A stretch of DNA of 64,000 bases from the NCBI GenBank assembly GCA_011109175.1, contig RDEW01000018.1:820510-884509 (forward strand), written 5' to 3'. A program made the translations under genes and the position numbers. Positions 1 through 11,420 of this stretch are shown one piece after another. The number at the start of each line of letters is the position of its first letter. Position 1 is the stretch's first letter. Origin of the DNA: Dicyema japonicum (Eukaryota > Animalia > Dicyemida). Under the pieces are notes generated by a model that did not search any database, had not been told where the DNA came from, and saw nothing but the letters and a program-made list of their open reading frames with translations.

Positions 1-179
1 TTAAAATTATTTTTGCAAACATTGCTTAGAGTCCGTCGCAGGTCCGGAGATAAATGAAGTACAACTAAGAACGATTCCAGATCTTCTATGGATGACCGAC
101 TTTTGTCAGAAAAAAAAATTGTAGTATAGAATCTTCCGGACCATGGCATCGGAGACAGCATAAACGAAAAGTTTGCGGG

Positions 180-1250
180 CAGAGAAACATTAAGAGAGGT
201 TAAAATCCAAATGTGAAAGACAGTTTGGCATATTTCCATTAAACGCTGTAGAAACGAACGTTACAAATGTGATCGGTCTCTTAGCGGAAGAGTCAATATG
301 TGAGAGAGAAGAAATTGAAGCCATTCTGAAGATATAAGAAATCTCTAAATTAATGACCTGTTATTTAGGAGGAACAGAATGGTATGATGATCGAGGGTAC
401 AGATGATTTTTTTGATGGCCAAAAAGAAGAGGAATGATTCGAGAGGGTTTCCCTGCTAGAGTATGGAGGACGAAAATATTCAATATTCTTCGAAAAGATT
501 GGACTGGGGTCCATACTACTTGTTTTTTCAGCCATAAATTATAGAAACATTTCTTATACAAGTTTCCAAAATGAAATCTCTTTTAATACTACTCAAAGTG
601 TTCTTGATGTCGATAACATTTTAAGTTTCTTATCTATAAGATTTTTGCTATATAGACTGCCAAGTCTATTTTATAAAAGGTTTCGGTATCTTTTGGAGTA
701 CTAGCCTTACTCCAACTTCGATTTAGAAATGTACAACCAGGGGGTACATACCTTATGCAGAAGATCCTAGCATCTAACCTCTTGAAAATAAAACTGACAA
801 TGATCGGACGATTCCACCTCCCTTCTTATCATAAAATAGTTGATTGGGAGGAAACAGGACGTGAAAGATGCCTCGAGGTGATAGAAGATATAATAAGGAC
901 AGCTGGATCTCAAAGGGTCTTCAAATGCTCAGGTTTTATTCTATTCAGGCAACCGTTGCCCCCTGGGGGAAAATTCGAATCATCAAAAATACTTCATCGT
1001 TCGAGGCGGTTACGGAGTTCACTTTGAGAGACAATGGAATATTTCCCAGATTGTAAGGGGATGGTGGTTGTTTGTCCAACAACACATTGAAGGTGTCTAA
1101 TGATGAGTTGTGTAGTTCTTTTGTAAAAAGCACATTAGAGAAGCACGGCATCCCCATTCTAATAATTTGGCGCTCTCTTGAGGGAAGAACATCAACATTC
1201 TCGTTCTAACCTCTATTCCTGACTCTCGTATATGATTACGGGAAGTTGAG
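180..1250 (+). mobile_element. Heavily decayed Ty3/Gypsy-like pol remnant (RNase H/integrase region)
   Basis: Broken frames give IEDIIRT...QPLPP and VAPWGKI, resembling the integrase zinc-finger/PW region; many stops. Confidence 0.3.
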
Positions 1251-1329
1251 TAGTCGTAAAAATCAGTGCTTTCCAGGAAGGATCGAATGCAGTTTCATGT
1301 AAATTATTAAATAATAAATTATTACGAAA

Positions 1330-1460
1330 ACAAGACAATCAAAATAATCCAGCTGATATAATGGAATGACTGTTCTTCTGACAACTGCCAGATAAATCCT
1401 TTGAAACAACCATTCGGTTTCCCGACGCTCGTTTCTGACTTTAGAAATCATTGACTCAAT
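1330..1460 (-). mobile_element. 3' fragment of a CRE-clade non-LTR element
   Basis: ORF 1263-1451 contains RRETEWLFQRIYLAVVR, matching the C-terminal WFRERISLAIVRGN motif of the element at 17956-20875. Confidence 0.55.
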
Positions 1461-1697
1461 CGATCTTAAAAGAGACCGTTTGAACTATATTATTCTGTAT
1501 TTCTTTGAATAGTCTTGTTAAAGAAAATTTCTTTGAAGGAGTTATAAATATTATGGCTTTCGTGAGAAAGGTTATTAAGAAAAACTGAGCTGACGTCGAT
1601 TGAACCTACACGGATTGATGAAAAGCGGAAGGATACTGAGGATATTGATCGTAGACGGAAAGCATGTATTTAATTGTTAATTATAGTTAAGGTTATT

Positions 1698-4600
1698 TTA
1701 AATTTCAATTTGTTTATAAGTAGGTTTACGATAAAATCTTAATTGTGCACTCTTATCTGATGGTTTAAAGGGTTGATGTCTTCCAAAGGGTTTAGGAACT
1801 GGTATTTCTTCAGTCGTATTAGGTATATAAGCATTTGGTCGTTGTAGTGCAGTAGTATATGTACCATCTGGGAGAATGTGTATATTATCCTCCATTTCAA
1901 TCTAAATAATAATAATTATAAACATATTGCTTTTCTAATCTGTCCTTCTTTAATCTTGATTCCCGTTCTTGTATCTTTAATCTCTCAACCTCTATTTCAT
2001 TGGATGGTGGTAGTCCCTCATTAATAACCATAATATTAATACTTGCTCTATTCTCTGCTGGAATTGATCCAATTGAGTCTCCTTTTCTATGAGTTCTTGC
2101 TTATATATTGTTGTCTTTGCAATGTTCATGGCCAATTCTGAGACAGTTGCCATTAATTTACGAGTTTTCTTGAAAATTTTATGTTTAAATGTGTTTATCT
2201 ATAAATAATCATTAAAGTAACAGTTTTCGCCAATTCTAATGCTGATTCTTTACTATTTTCCACAGTTGTCGAGGTCTCCATGATATATTGGTCGATTCTT
2301 TCCACCATAAAATTCTTTTCTAATAAAAGTTCCTCTTTGACCATAACACGACTTTCTAACTGTAAATATAAACAAAGTAATACATTGCTGTGTTTGCATT
2401 TATCCTGTCCCTTTATCATTTTAATTCTTTCGTCTTGTTTATTAATTATTTCAATATATTTTTGAGATTCCACAATCTAATAATTATTATAATATTACTT
2501 GACGATTGAGGATATCACGTTGTTTTTGTAGTTGAATCTGTTTGGGGATTTTATTACGTAAAATGTCCAAATTTCTAATTTCGTTTTTCTTGATTAAATT
2601 AAGATAATTAATGTCATTGATAAGCTGTGTGAACTGTTCATTAGCATTAATTATGACATTGTCTAGTAATAAATACAACTATTGCCTTGAACATTATACT
2701 TTTCTTGAAAAATACACAATTCCCCATTTCTTTCAATAAGGCTAACTCCTCTAATGTTAAGTGAATAATTAACTTTATATTACGAAGACGCACAACTTTT
2801 TCATAATTACTTCGAATATGCACTAATTTGGTTTCAATATTATTTATTTCTTTATTTAGTTTATTTAAATTTGTTTGTTTTTCAAGTTTAATGTCTTCAA
2901 GTGATGAAATTGCTTTCTTTTGGATCCAAATCTCTGATCTGATTGAATCTCTGTTTGTAACGTTTGAGTTTGATTTTACTTTTAATTTTTGTAAATGTCT
3001 TTGTTTGATTATAAAGTAAACTTTTCATGTTGTAATAAAGTCGTACGTAGAATGCCATATTCATTGTTCATAATTAGTATTTTATCCCTCATTTCCAGTA
3101 CTCTCTGAGTTACATTTTGAATCAATCCAACACATTTATTTCTTTCCGTTTCAACACCTTCATACACCTTTGAGAAAACCTTTAGTCTAAAATTATTATA
3201 TTGATTACTTATTCTTTATAATTACATGCTTTCTTCTAATATCATCAAGACAGAGTCTTTTTACTTTGTTTTCATCAACTATTTGTTTGTATCGAACTCC
3301 TGACTTTATCAAATCCTTTGCCTTTAATTCTCTCTCAGAATCCTTCATTTTCAATAATCAAATACATTTGTTACGGCCAGTCTCGCCAGTTCTACTACTT
3401 CTACTTTTAGGTTGTTTACAATATTAATCAGACTTTCAATCTCATTTACTAAATTCTCTACTTTTACATCCTCAGTTGAGATGACGTAATTCTATTCAAT
3501 AAAACTTATCAACTTTATCAGATATCATATTTCGTGTAATCTCACATTCTTCTTCAATCAATCTTTTACGTTTATTAAAAAATCCATCATTTTGGTGAAC
3601 TAGAGAGTGCTACTATTATCACTAATATAACCTGTTCTTTAACTCTGCTGTATATTTCCATCAAATTATCCTTTTTGTCCTTTGCAATACGAATTTCTAA
3701 TAAAATTCTCTTCAATTCTTTATTCGTTTTTATGTACGCACTTTCTTCATCACTTATTTTAAATGTCAGTTTTGATAACTTTTCTGACATTTCCTTAACT
3801 TGTACATCAAAGTCTTGTCTGTTTTATTATATGTGTTACCCTTTATCCTTTAAATCATGCTCTTCCTGTTCATTGTATTCTATCCTCTTCTGCATAGAAC
3901 TCAGACTTTGTTGATGTGTCTCATATATTGCTTTTTGTCGTTCAATTAAAGTAACCAAATTATTCCTCTCGGAATCAATCTCCTCTAATCCACTTTTTAG
4001 TAAATCACATTCATTCATATATTCTACTAATTTATTATTAGTATTCTCTAAAATATCCTCTTTATTTCTAAAATAATTCATTTATTTACGATATATCTCT
4101 GCTAAGTCTCTCATTTACTTTAACCACATTATTTTTATCACTTTTAATATCAACAATTTTAATCTACAATCATTATAAATCATACAATAACACTTTCCTT
4201 TTTATTATTCTGTTTCTCCATTTCCTTACTCAATTCACTCATTCCTACTCTCTGTCTCTCAATGTTCTCCTTTACTGACTCCATTTCTGACTCTTTGTCT
4301 AATATTTCACCTTCCACGCTTTCACAATCCTTTTTTAGATTCTTTATAATTTTGTCCAATTCCTATTAATGCTTATTCGTCACTAACATTGGCTTTTGGC
4401 ATTCTCTCGTACTCCCTCAACAAAATCTTCTTTTCTTCCTCCAAACTAGCAAATTATTTAATAAATATACGATTCTATTTTATATTCCAGTTCATAGAGG
4501 TTCTCCTTTATTATTTGTGTTTTATTTCGAAAGGTCAATAGTTGTTTCCTCAATTGAAGACTCTCAGTGTTTATTACATCAGGAAAGTCCTCATATTTCT

Positions 4601-4910
4601 CCAAATTCATAATATTTTCCTCAATTTTATCATTGTAATGACGAATATTCTTTAATAAACGTGCTTCATTATTTCTCGTTCTTACAAATTACAATAATAA
4701 ATACGCTTCCAAAACATCCTTTATTTTTGAGTATTTTGTCTTTAATTTGGCAACCTGTGTCGATGTGATTGTACCACTTAAATTAAGCTACATTGTATTA
4801 ATATTTACTTCATCAAGCATTTGAAACACTGGCAAACATGATATTCCCCCAGAAGTGTTCTCATAGGCAGTTGGAGTCGGTGGAACTGACATTAAGTAGT
4901 CTTCCTCCAT
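1698..4910 (-). CDS. CCDC146: Coiled-coil domain-containing protein 146 (MBO2), ciliary; many 21-26 nt introns
   Basis: Spliced translation starts MEEDYLM...LPVFQMLDELNLSG...KLKTKY, includes RGVSLIERNGELCIFQEKYNVQ and KLMATVSELAM, and ends LPDGTYTTALQRPNAYIP...PKPFG...PFKPS...RKP..KQIEI, the characteristic CCDC146 C-terminus. Confidence 0.93.
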
Positions 4911-4928
4911 TTTATTAATTCACAAATT

Positions 4929-4971
4929 AACGTCTTGGTAACCTCCGATATGATTTTGTTGTCTTGGTAAC
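4929..4971. promoter_or_regulatory. Two RFX X-box-like sites upstream of CCDC146
   Basis: GTTGTCTTGGTAAC at 4958-4971 fits the X-box pattern, and a second GTCTTGGTAAC lies at 4932-4942, both within about 60 bp of the ATG of a ciliary gene. Confidence 0.6.
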
Positions 4972-5399
4972 TTTTTATTTAAAATATTTTACTGATATTC
5001 AACGAAATTACTAATTTTATTATAGACTTTCTCGGTACTTGGAGGACGTTAAAGATAATAGTTTTAAATCCATGAATTAAGTAATCCCAACACAAAACAG
5101 CAGTGATTTCATTTTGGCAGTGATCCTCTCTGGAGGCAACACACCACGTACTGGGTGGAGAGCAGATCGATAAGACGAATATTCAGCACTATCTTTTTGA
5201 ATTAGTTAGTCCATAGATGTCAGAGTTGTTTTTTTAGAAATTTACCGTTTTGACACAACGTATTCTGGATCATTGTTCTTGGTTGAAGGTTCTGCTGGAA
5301 CGCGTCAGGATCGAAGAATTAGCTATTTTTGTTTATCCTCAGTTTTTGGAATAATTTTATTTATTATTATTATTATCACGGTCACAGGAACTGAAATTT

Positions 5400-7300
5400 T
5401 TGTGCTACAGCAGATAATATTTTACAGGCACTACCGATTACCGAGCACTACTTACCAGAGCAGAACGATTAAAGACAAAATTTAATTTAAAATTAAGATT
5501 ATGTAAAAATTATTGATCTTTAATTATTTTTTGATACGTTTCATTTGACGAGAAGCATGATTGTCATTACAATTTTCATCATTTAGTGATCCTTCACAAT
5601 CTAAAAAATTTGTATTAATCTCACTGAAACAACCTATATCTGTAGTAATCTCATCGACTACCGTGTTTTCAAATAAGATGCTGTTGAATCATTTGTTGAA
5701 GCGATCACATAATGCCATTACATGGGAATTTTTAAAGTGAGATGCCATTTGAAAGATTCATTTTTTAATTAAACCTATAATTTATTTGATAACAAAGTCC
5801 TATCTTTTTAGATAAACCAGGTTTATTTGAAATCTTTCATTCGGCTGAGATGCTATAATGTGATTATCAAGATCTATTTGCTTCAGTGGTGTCGAAAAAC
5901 GACAAATATCACATTCTGACATCACTTTCAGAATAATTTCTCTTTTCACGAAAAATATCTTTGATTGCAATACTCTTCCAATACTTTAGGTGGGTTCAAG
6001 AATTGTGTGGTGAGTGGAATAAAATGTCCGGAAGCAATTTTTGCAGCCACTACAACGAGCGAAAACATGTTTGAAAAAGTCGAACAGATTTTGATTTGAG
6101 TAAACTCATGTTTATATATTCATTATAGTCATCCATTTTGATTTGTTAGTGCGGCCAACATGTATTCTCAAATTATCTTATCCTGGAGCTCTTGTGTTTG
6201 ACAAGTTTGTTCTAAGGCATCGGTTTGACATTGAAGAAGCGTAGTTCTTTGCATTCTGATTGAAAAATCTTCCATAATGAGGTTAAATGATGTCATAGTG
6301 TAGAGAATATGGCCAGAAAGTCGCCAGAGAGATTTTATCACTTCTTCGTTTATTGTCACGCATTTAAATAGCTCGTAAAGAGTTTTGTTTTTTAAGTTTT
6401 TCGGCTGCAGATTCTTACTATTTTTCTCAGCTGATTTTTGCAGTATCCATAAAGTCCCTTAAGTTCGTCTTTTCCTACCCTTCTATAATTCGACGTTTCC
6501 CACATTCGTACGTTATACAATAGAATTGGTTTTACGACCCATTAAATAACTTTATCCAGAGAATCAAACAACGTGCATTTTACTTGTCCAATTACGTTCC
6601 TATATGAACAAAATCAGACAATCGTCCTCCCCACTTTTCCCATAATGTCTTATTGACAAACAAAAGACTTCTTGTCAGTTTGCACAGAACAAAATACACC
6701 TGTTGATTTCTAGAAGCGTCCGCTCTTGTATGTGACGTTCCTGTTAGCCACCGGTTTCCTTCATTCGAAGGGACTGGGAATAAAATAAATAGATCTCCCA
6801 GAAGTTAGTCAAGCATTTTTATGAACCTCCATTTTTCATCAACCCGCGTAACCACCAATCAATCTCAGCTTAGTTCAGTTGTAAATTTTCAATGACCATA
6901 ATTAAAAATATGGATTAATCCACAGCTGAATTAAGTAACCCACATTGTCAGACACAAAATCTATGTAGTCCTCAAAGACTAGTTCAATTAGATATTCGAT
7001 TAAGTAACCCAATCGTTCCGAACGTCCCTCAAAACATCTTCAAAAAGAGAACCTGCAAAAGTGAATCACCCTGAGAAGTACCAATAACGGCAGCGAATGT
7101 TTCCAAATAACCCCATATTCGCCTTTAGACAAGTATCTACCAGGAAAACTCGTATAATCCTTAGACATTCTTTGAAGGAATTAATTCATAGTCTCATCAA
7201 GGTTATGTCAGTGTCAGAATAATTTCTGGATAATTGAGGGTTTTGTAATCTTATTGAGTAAAATTTGATTAATTGTCCTCCAAAATAACTTAATTTTTTA
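5400..7300 (-). mobile_element. Degenerate non-LTR (RTE/CR1-like) RT and C-terminal remnant
   Basis: Broken frames give KPILLYNVRMW (LLYGxETW-like) and LWRLSGHILY (RWxGHxxR-like). Confidence 0.35.
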
Positions 7301-7439
7301 TAAATTAAAATCTTTTGGTGTCTCACATGAAGAATGTCTATTTTCACCATTATATCTAATTATTTCTTTTTCTGCTTGCAAGTTAGACATGTGTAAAAAA
7401 CAATATGCGAGGTCCTGTTATGATTTTTATTTATTTAAA

Positions 7440-7700
7440 CTCTAAGAACAATAAGAAAGGTTAAACTCATTAATTAAGTGATCCCAGCCTCCATTCTCCC
7501 AAGCTCTCCTTGAATACTCCGCCAGCGACCCATCTGACCTCCAGAAGTGCCTTCTTTTGTGTCTGTAGAAGAATTCTATTGAGGTGCACTTCTTTATGGT
7601 CGATCGGAATTCCTCTGCATGGACCATCCTTTCATTGAATGGGTTTCCTAGATGGAGAACGTAGGAAACTCGAGGAAAGGGCAAATCTCCAGACGGAACA
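7440..7700 (-). mobile_element. 3' end of an Ingi/Vingi-like LINE (5'-truncated)
   Basis: Homologous to 8870-9190; ends in EAGIT-stop (7474-7488), a terminus shared by about 10 copies in the window. Confidence 0.6.
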
Positions 7701-7961
7701 TGACCTGATATGATATTTTTTTTATAAAAAATTAAGAAATATTGGCCAACTTACTTGCATCGTGGCTATTTAGTGTAGCTAGGCAAGTTTCTTTAAAAAA
7801 ACGAAGCGATTTCCCTCTTATTCCTCGTGTTGTCTCAAAAATAATGGGGTGGTAAGTGAATAGATCCGAAGTATATTTGAAATGTCAAAATTATAATTAT
7901 GCTTATAATATTTTTAATATTTAAATTCAAATATTATTTCTTGTTTGGTGTAATTACCATA

Positions 7962-8355
7962 ATGTTTAACAAATTTGATTTTTACATTCCTGGACGAACT
8001 CCAAATTTCAAAGAAGAGCCAACATTTGATGCCCATTATGGATTTAGGGGACAGCGTGAGCCACGTGGTTAATTTAATGAAATTACATAAATAGTAATGA
8101 AGGCCAGTTTTGAGGAAATGTCTCAAGCGGGTATTCCACTAAACAGACGTGATTACTGTGCCCACCACTACATAGAACTTATGAAATGCCAATCTGAGCA
8201 TATGCCCTTCTTTAATATGTGTAGTCATGTTAAACATGTTTATGATACTTGTGAGAATAATGAGTATTATTTACTTATTATTTTGTTATATTTTGAGAAT
8301 GAAAGAATATGAACGAGAAAAAAGATTACTTCAAAGACAAAGGACCAAACAATAA
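7962..8355 (+). CDS. NDUFB7: NADH dehydrogenase 1 beta subcomplex subunit 7 (B18), 3 exons
   Basis: EPTFDAHYGF...MKASFEEM...RRDYCAHHYIELMKC...C.H....D.CE...DYILRMKEYEREKRLLQR. Intron 1 is 8068-8094 (27 nt GT-AG); intron 2 starts at 8264. Confidence 0.95.
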
Positions 8356-8464
8356 TTAATAACATTTTACTCATTAAGTTCTAATAGTTTATTGGATTTA
8401 AATAGGAGACGTAATATTTCACTTTTTATAATCTTTGTTTTATTAACATTTACTATCTTAGTTC

Positions 8465-8779
8465 AGGGGGCATAGTGGTTAGGTGTCGGGCTAAAGTGAC
8501 TTAGGTTATGGGTTAGATTCTCGCTACTGTTCACCTGGTGGAAAATTCACGCACCAACGATGCATAAAAGGGTTTGACGAGTGACGCCGTCATCAGTGGA
8601 TACTCACTGCGGAACTGGATTGTCTAGAAAGGACACTCACACAAGAAAAAGAAAAAAAAGTGAAGATCATTCCTTGGATCTACGATTAGTTAAAATTAAC
8701 TGTTCTTTACTTAAATAAAGTCCTGCCTATGCGGAGCTATAAATATTATGGCTCTCGTGAAAAGGCTGTCATTATTATT
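8465..8779 (+). mobile_element. tRNA-derived SINE, copy A
   Basis: A-box GGCATAGTGG, B-box-like GGTTAGATTC, core and tail shared with 37691-38007; (ATT)n tail. Confidence 0.8.
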
Positions 8780-8869
8780 ACCATAGTTCAAGAAAAATAA
8801 TGTCTTTTTCTAAACAATGTAACTACTCACTTGATTCCTTATTATTTATTTATTTTAAAACCCAACAAG

Positions 8870-9190
8870 AAAGAATTAACTTGCTAAATTAAGTGATCCC
8901 AGCCTCCAACACCTCTCGAATTCTCTTCGAATGCTCCGCCAGTGAACCAACAGCGTTTCCTAAGTGTCTTCTTTTATTTCTGCAGAGGAATTCTATCGGA
9001 TGCACTTTTTTAATGCCGATCTGAATTCCTCCACATGAACCACCCTCTCTCTGAATGGGTTTTTTAGCTCATTGCACATATGTAGGAAACCCAGACCATT
9101 TCTCACCGTCGCTTCCTCTGAATGCAGACTGGGGACGGATGTGGAGTCTAATTGTGTATGCCTCATAATCTTCCTTCTGAGAAAGTTCAT
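8870..9190 (-). mobile_element. 3' end of an Ingi/Vingi-like LINE
   Basis: Homologous to 7440-7700; EAGIT-stop at 8889-8903. Confidence 0.6.
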
Positions 9191-9198
9191 AATAACGT

Positions 9199-9264
9199 GG
9201 CGTCATGCGATTCACCTTTTGTTGTGGTGGCGCTCAGTGCAAGTTCTGCATGGAAAAAAACCGT
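9199..9264 (+). ncRNA. HDV-like pseudoknot candidate (variant type II)
   Basis: P1 GGCGUC/GGCGCU, P3 ACC/GGU, P4 GUGCA/UGCAU, partial P2, A-rich J4/2; same layout as 35282-35344. Confidence 0.5.
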
Positions 9265-10000
9265 TCGACTTTCCCTACCCATCTGCGATCTTTAGAAGGG
9301 TGGCCTATCTATTCCCCTGTTTTCTCTTTACTACTTCTGTCTGGTGATGTAGAACCTAATCCGGGACTTGATTCCTTGAAAGAATTTAATTTTAATGAAA
9401 AACGTGACACTAGGTTGTCTAGTTGAGTCTTTCAGGAATTTCTGGGATAAAGGAGCAAGACGTTGAAGATGGAAGATCCGACGCAAAAATTAAAGAAGAT
9501 GGAACTTTGTCGACCCCCATGTTCTGTCCCGATTCCAATCGAACCACTTGATCGTCGCTTTCACTAACTTACCTCCTCTGTCAAATTTGTGGCATAACAA
9601 ACTTAAAGAAACTCAGAATCAAATGCTCCATTTGCTTAAACTTTGGACATGTCAACTGTCACAAGCTATAAAGAAGATAATTACTCTCAAATTGGTATAA
9701 GGATCCCCTGCCGCAAAACAACCAATCAACTCCATTGACTCCGACCTACAAAGTGCCTCCGATTGTATAAACTTGTGTCCGAGAGTTATTCCGCTTCGAA
9801 TCCAAAAATGTGATGACTAATTGTCACTTTTTAGCTGTCGAGGCTGATTACCAGGGCCATCTAAGATTCCACTCTTGTTCTCTGAGCATACATGTCTGAG
9901 TTAAAAGAAAGAAACCTCAAATCGACTATCAATAAAATCGTCTCAGAATAGCGGAGGTGCTATTTTCATAGTGTCAAAAGCCTTGTTGATACCAATGGAA
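9199..10000 (+). mobile_element. 5' part of a 2A-bearing LINE, followed by decayed RT sequence
   Basis: ORF 9205-9426 contains SLLLLSGDVEPNPG; downstream broken frames give KDP...STPLTPTYKV (RPISL-region-like). Confidence 0.6.
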
Positions 10001-10329
10001 GCATGTTGATGAAACAGAATTAAATCCGTACACAATAAACTGTTACAACGTTGGGTTGTTGTCGATCTTTAAAATCCGTGTTGGAGTTTCAGTTAGGAAT
10101 GACTAGTTAATCATCAAAGTACTAGTTTTACAAGTCAGTGAGATCATAAGAACGTTCGTATGTGGATTTTTTCCTAAAAATGCTTTATAGTTTCATCTGT
10201 ATCTTCCAAAAATTGTCGCAAAAGGTTGTCCCATCCGCCCCAAACCAGAGTTTAAGTTTAGTATAATAAAATCAATTATTATGACGTTGAGGACCGTATC
10301 GATGTGTGGAATAATAAAAAATTGAATAA

Positions 10330-10850
10330 GGGAGTCGTTAAGCGACAGAAAGATGCTTCTGGGAAAGTTTGCTGACAGATTGATCTTTCTGGACAACCAT
10401 GCTGGACTTTTTATGATCAAAAACTGTATTCGAGAGGTGTCATTGAAGAAAAATAGGGAGCACCTTGAAAGCACTGGGGATACGAGAAGACTTTCATCAT
10501 CAAACGGCTGCCATTCAGCAGGTACGTGGCTGAACGCCCATCCATGTTCTGAGATTGGTAAACTGCTGGATGAGGCAGTGAGAATAGCCGTCTTGGTCAT
10601 AGTGTTTGTGGAGCGAAAATGTGGTTTTGGACGTATGATCAATCCATATGGCTACCATACACTGTCGTACAGGTTGCAGATAGTCGGAACTTGGTTTGTG
10701 TTGGTAGATATTCTCATAAAAATTTGGCCACTTCAGTCTCAAGCCCAGGTCAAGCCAAGAATCAGAAGAGATGGAAGATCACTTGTTTGTCACATTTTCT
10801 GTTTAGACGTCAATCGAACCCGTGACCTAACCACTTTGTCCGACTATTAA
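10330..10850 (+). mobile_element. Internal/C-terminal fragment of a CRE-clade element
   Basis: ORF 10353-10850 (DRLIFLDNHAGLFMIKNC; CHSAGTWLNAHPCSEIGKLLDEAVRIA) closely parallels 19730-20450. Confidence 0.8.
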
Positions 10851-10989
10851 TTTGTGTGGGTAAACTAAAATCTCTAAACAATTACATGAATATAATTAAT
10901 TAAGCCAAGGCCATTTGACTAATTATTAATAAAAATTTGAAAAAAGTGAGTCCAAAAAGCCAAATGAATTAATTATTAGCCTTACGACT

Positions 10990-11337
10990 ATTAACTTTAT
11001 GAAGAGCTGATATTCTCTTACGGGATATCTAAATATATAATAATTATTACATATTTTAAATCAGGTCGATGATTTCTTAGAACCTTTCTTACTTTACTGC
11101 ATATACTACGTTCTCCCATTGAGTATTCTATTTGTTTACTCCCTATTAATATATAATCACTGCCAACCAGTATTTAAAACTACTTTATTATCTCTCAGTT
11201 CTATTCCAGCTAGGTTTTTGTGGATTAGTCCATTATTTATAAATGTATTACGTCCTGTTGGATTATTCCGCTCCTATTTATTATTATTTTATTACTTTAG
11301 AAAATGTGTATCCATTACTTCTAACAAGAAAAGATGA
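10990..11337 (+). CDS. Possible terminal exon(s) of an unidentified hydrophobic protein
   Basis: Open hydrophobic frame DDFLEPFLLYCIYYVLPLSILFVYSLL...KKR-stop preceded by an AG acceptor-like tract; no family recognised. Confidence 0.25.
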
Positions 11338-11420
11338 GTTATTCTTTATTATACTCCATACAACATTAGAAGACACCTTAACATGAAATTACCACGTCAA
11401 CCATTTAAACACGTTTTAAT

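Noticed and set aside
8570-8600. CUGAUGA on the minus strand of the SINE core, suggesting a hammerhead ribozyme (also near 22805 and 37800)
   Set aside because: No GAAA after a stem II, and the motif is buried in a TGACGA/TCGTCA hairpin.
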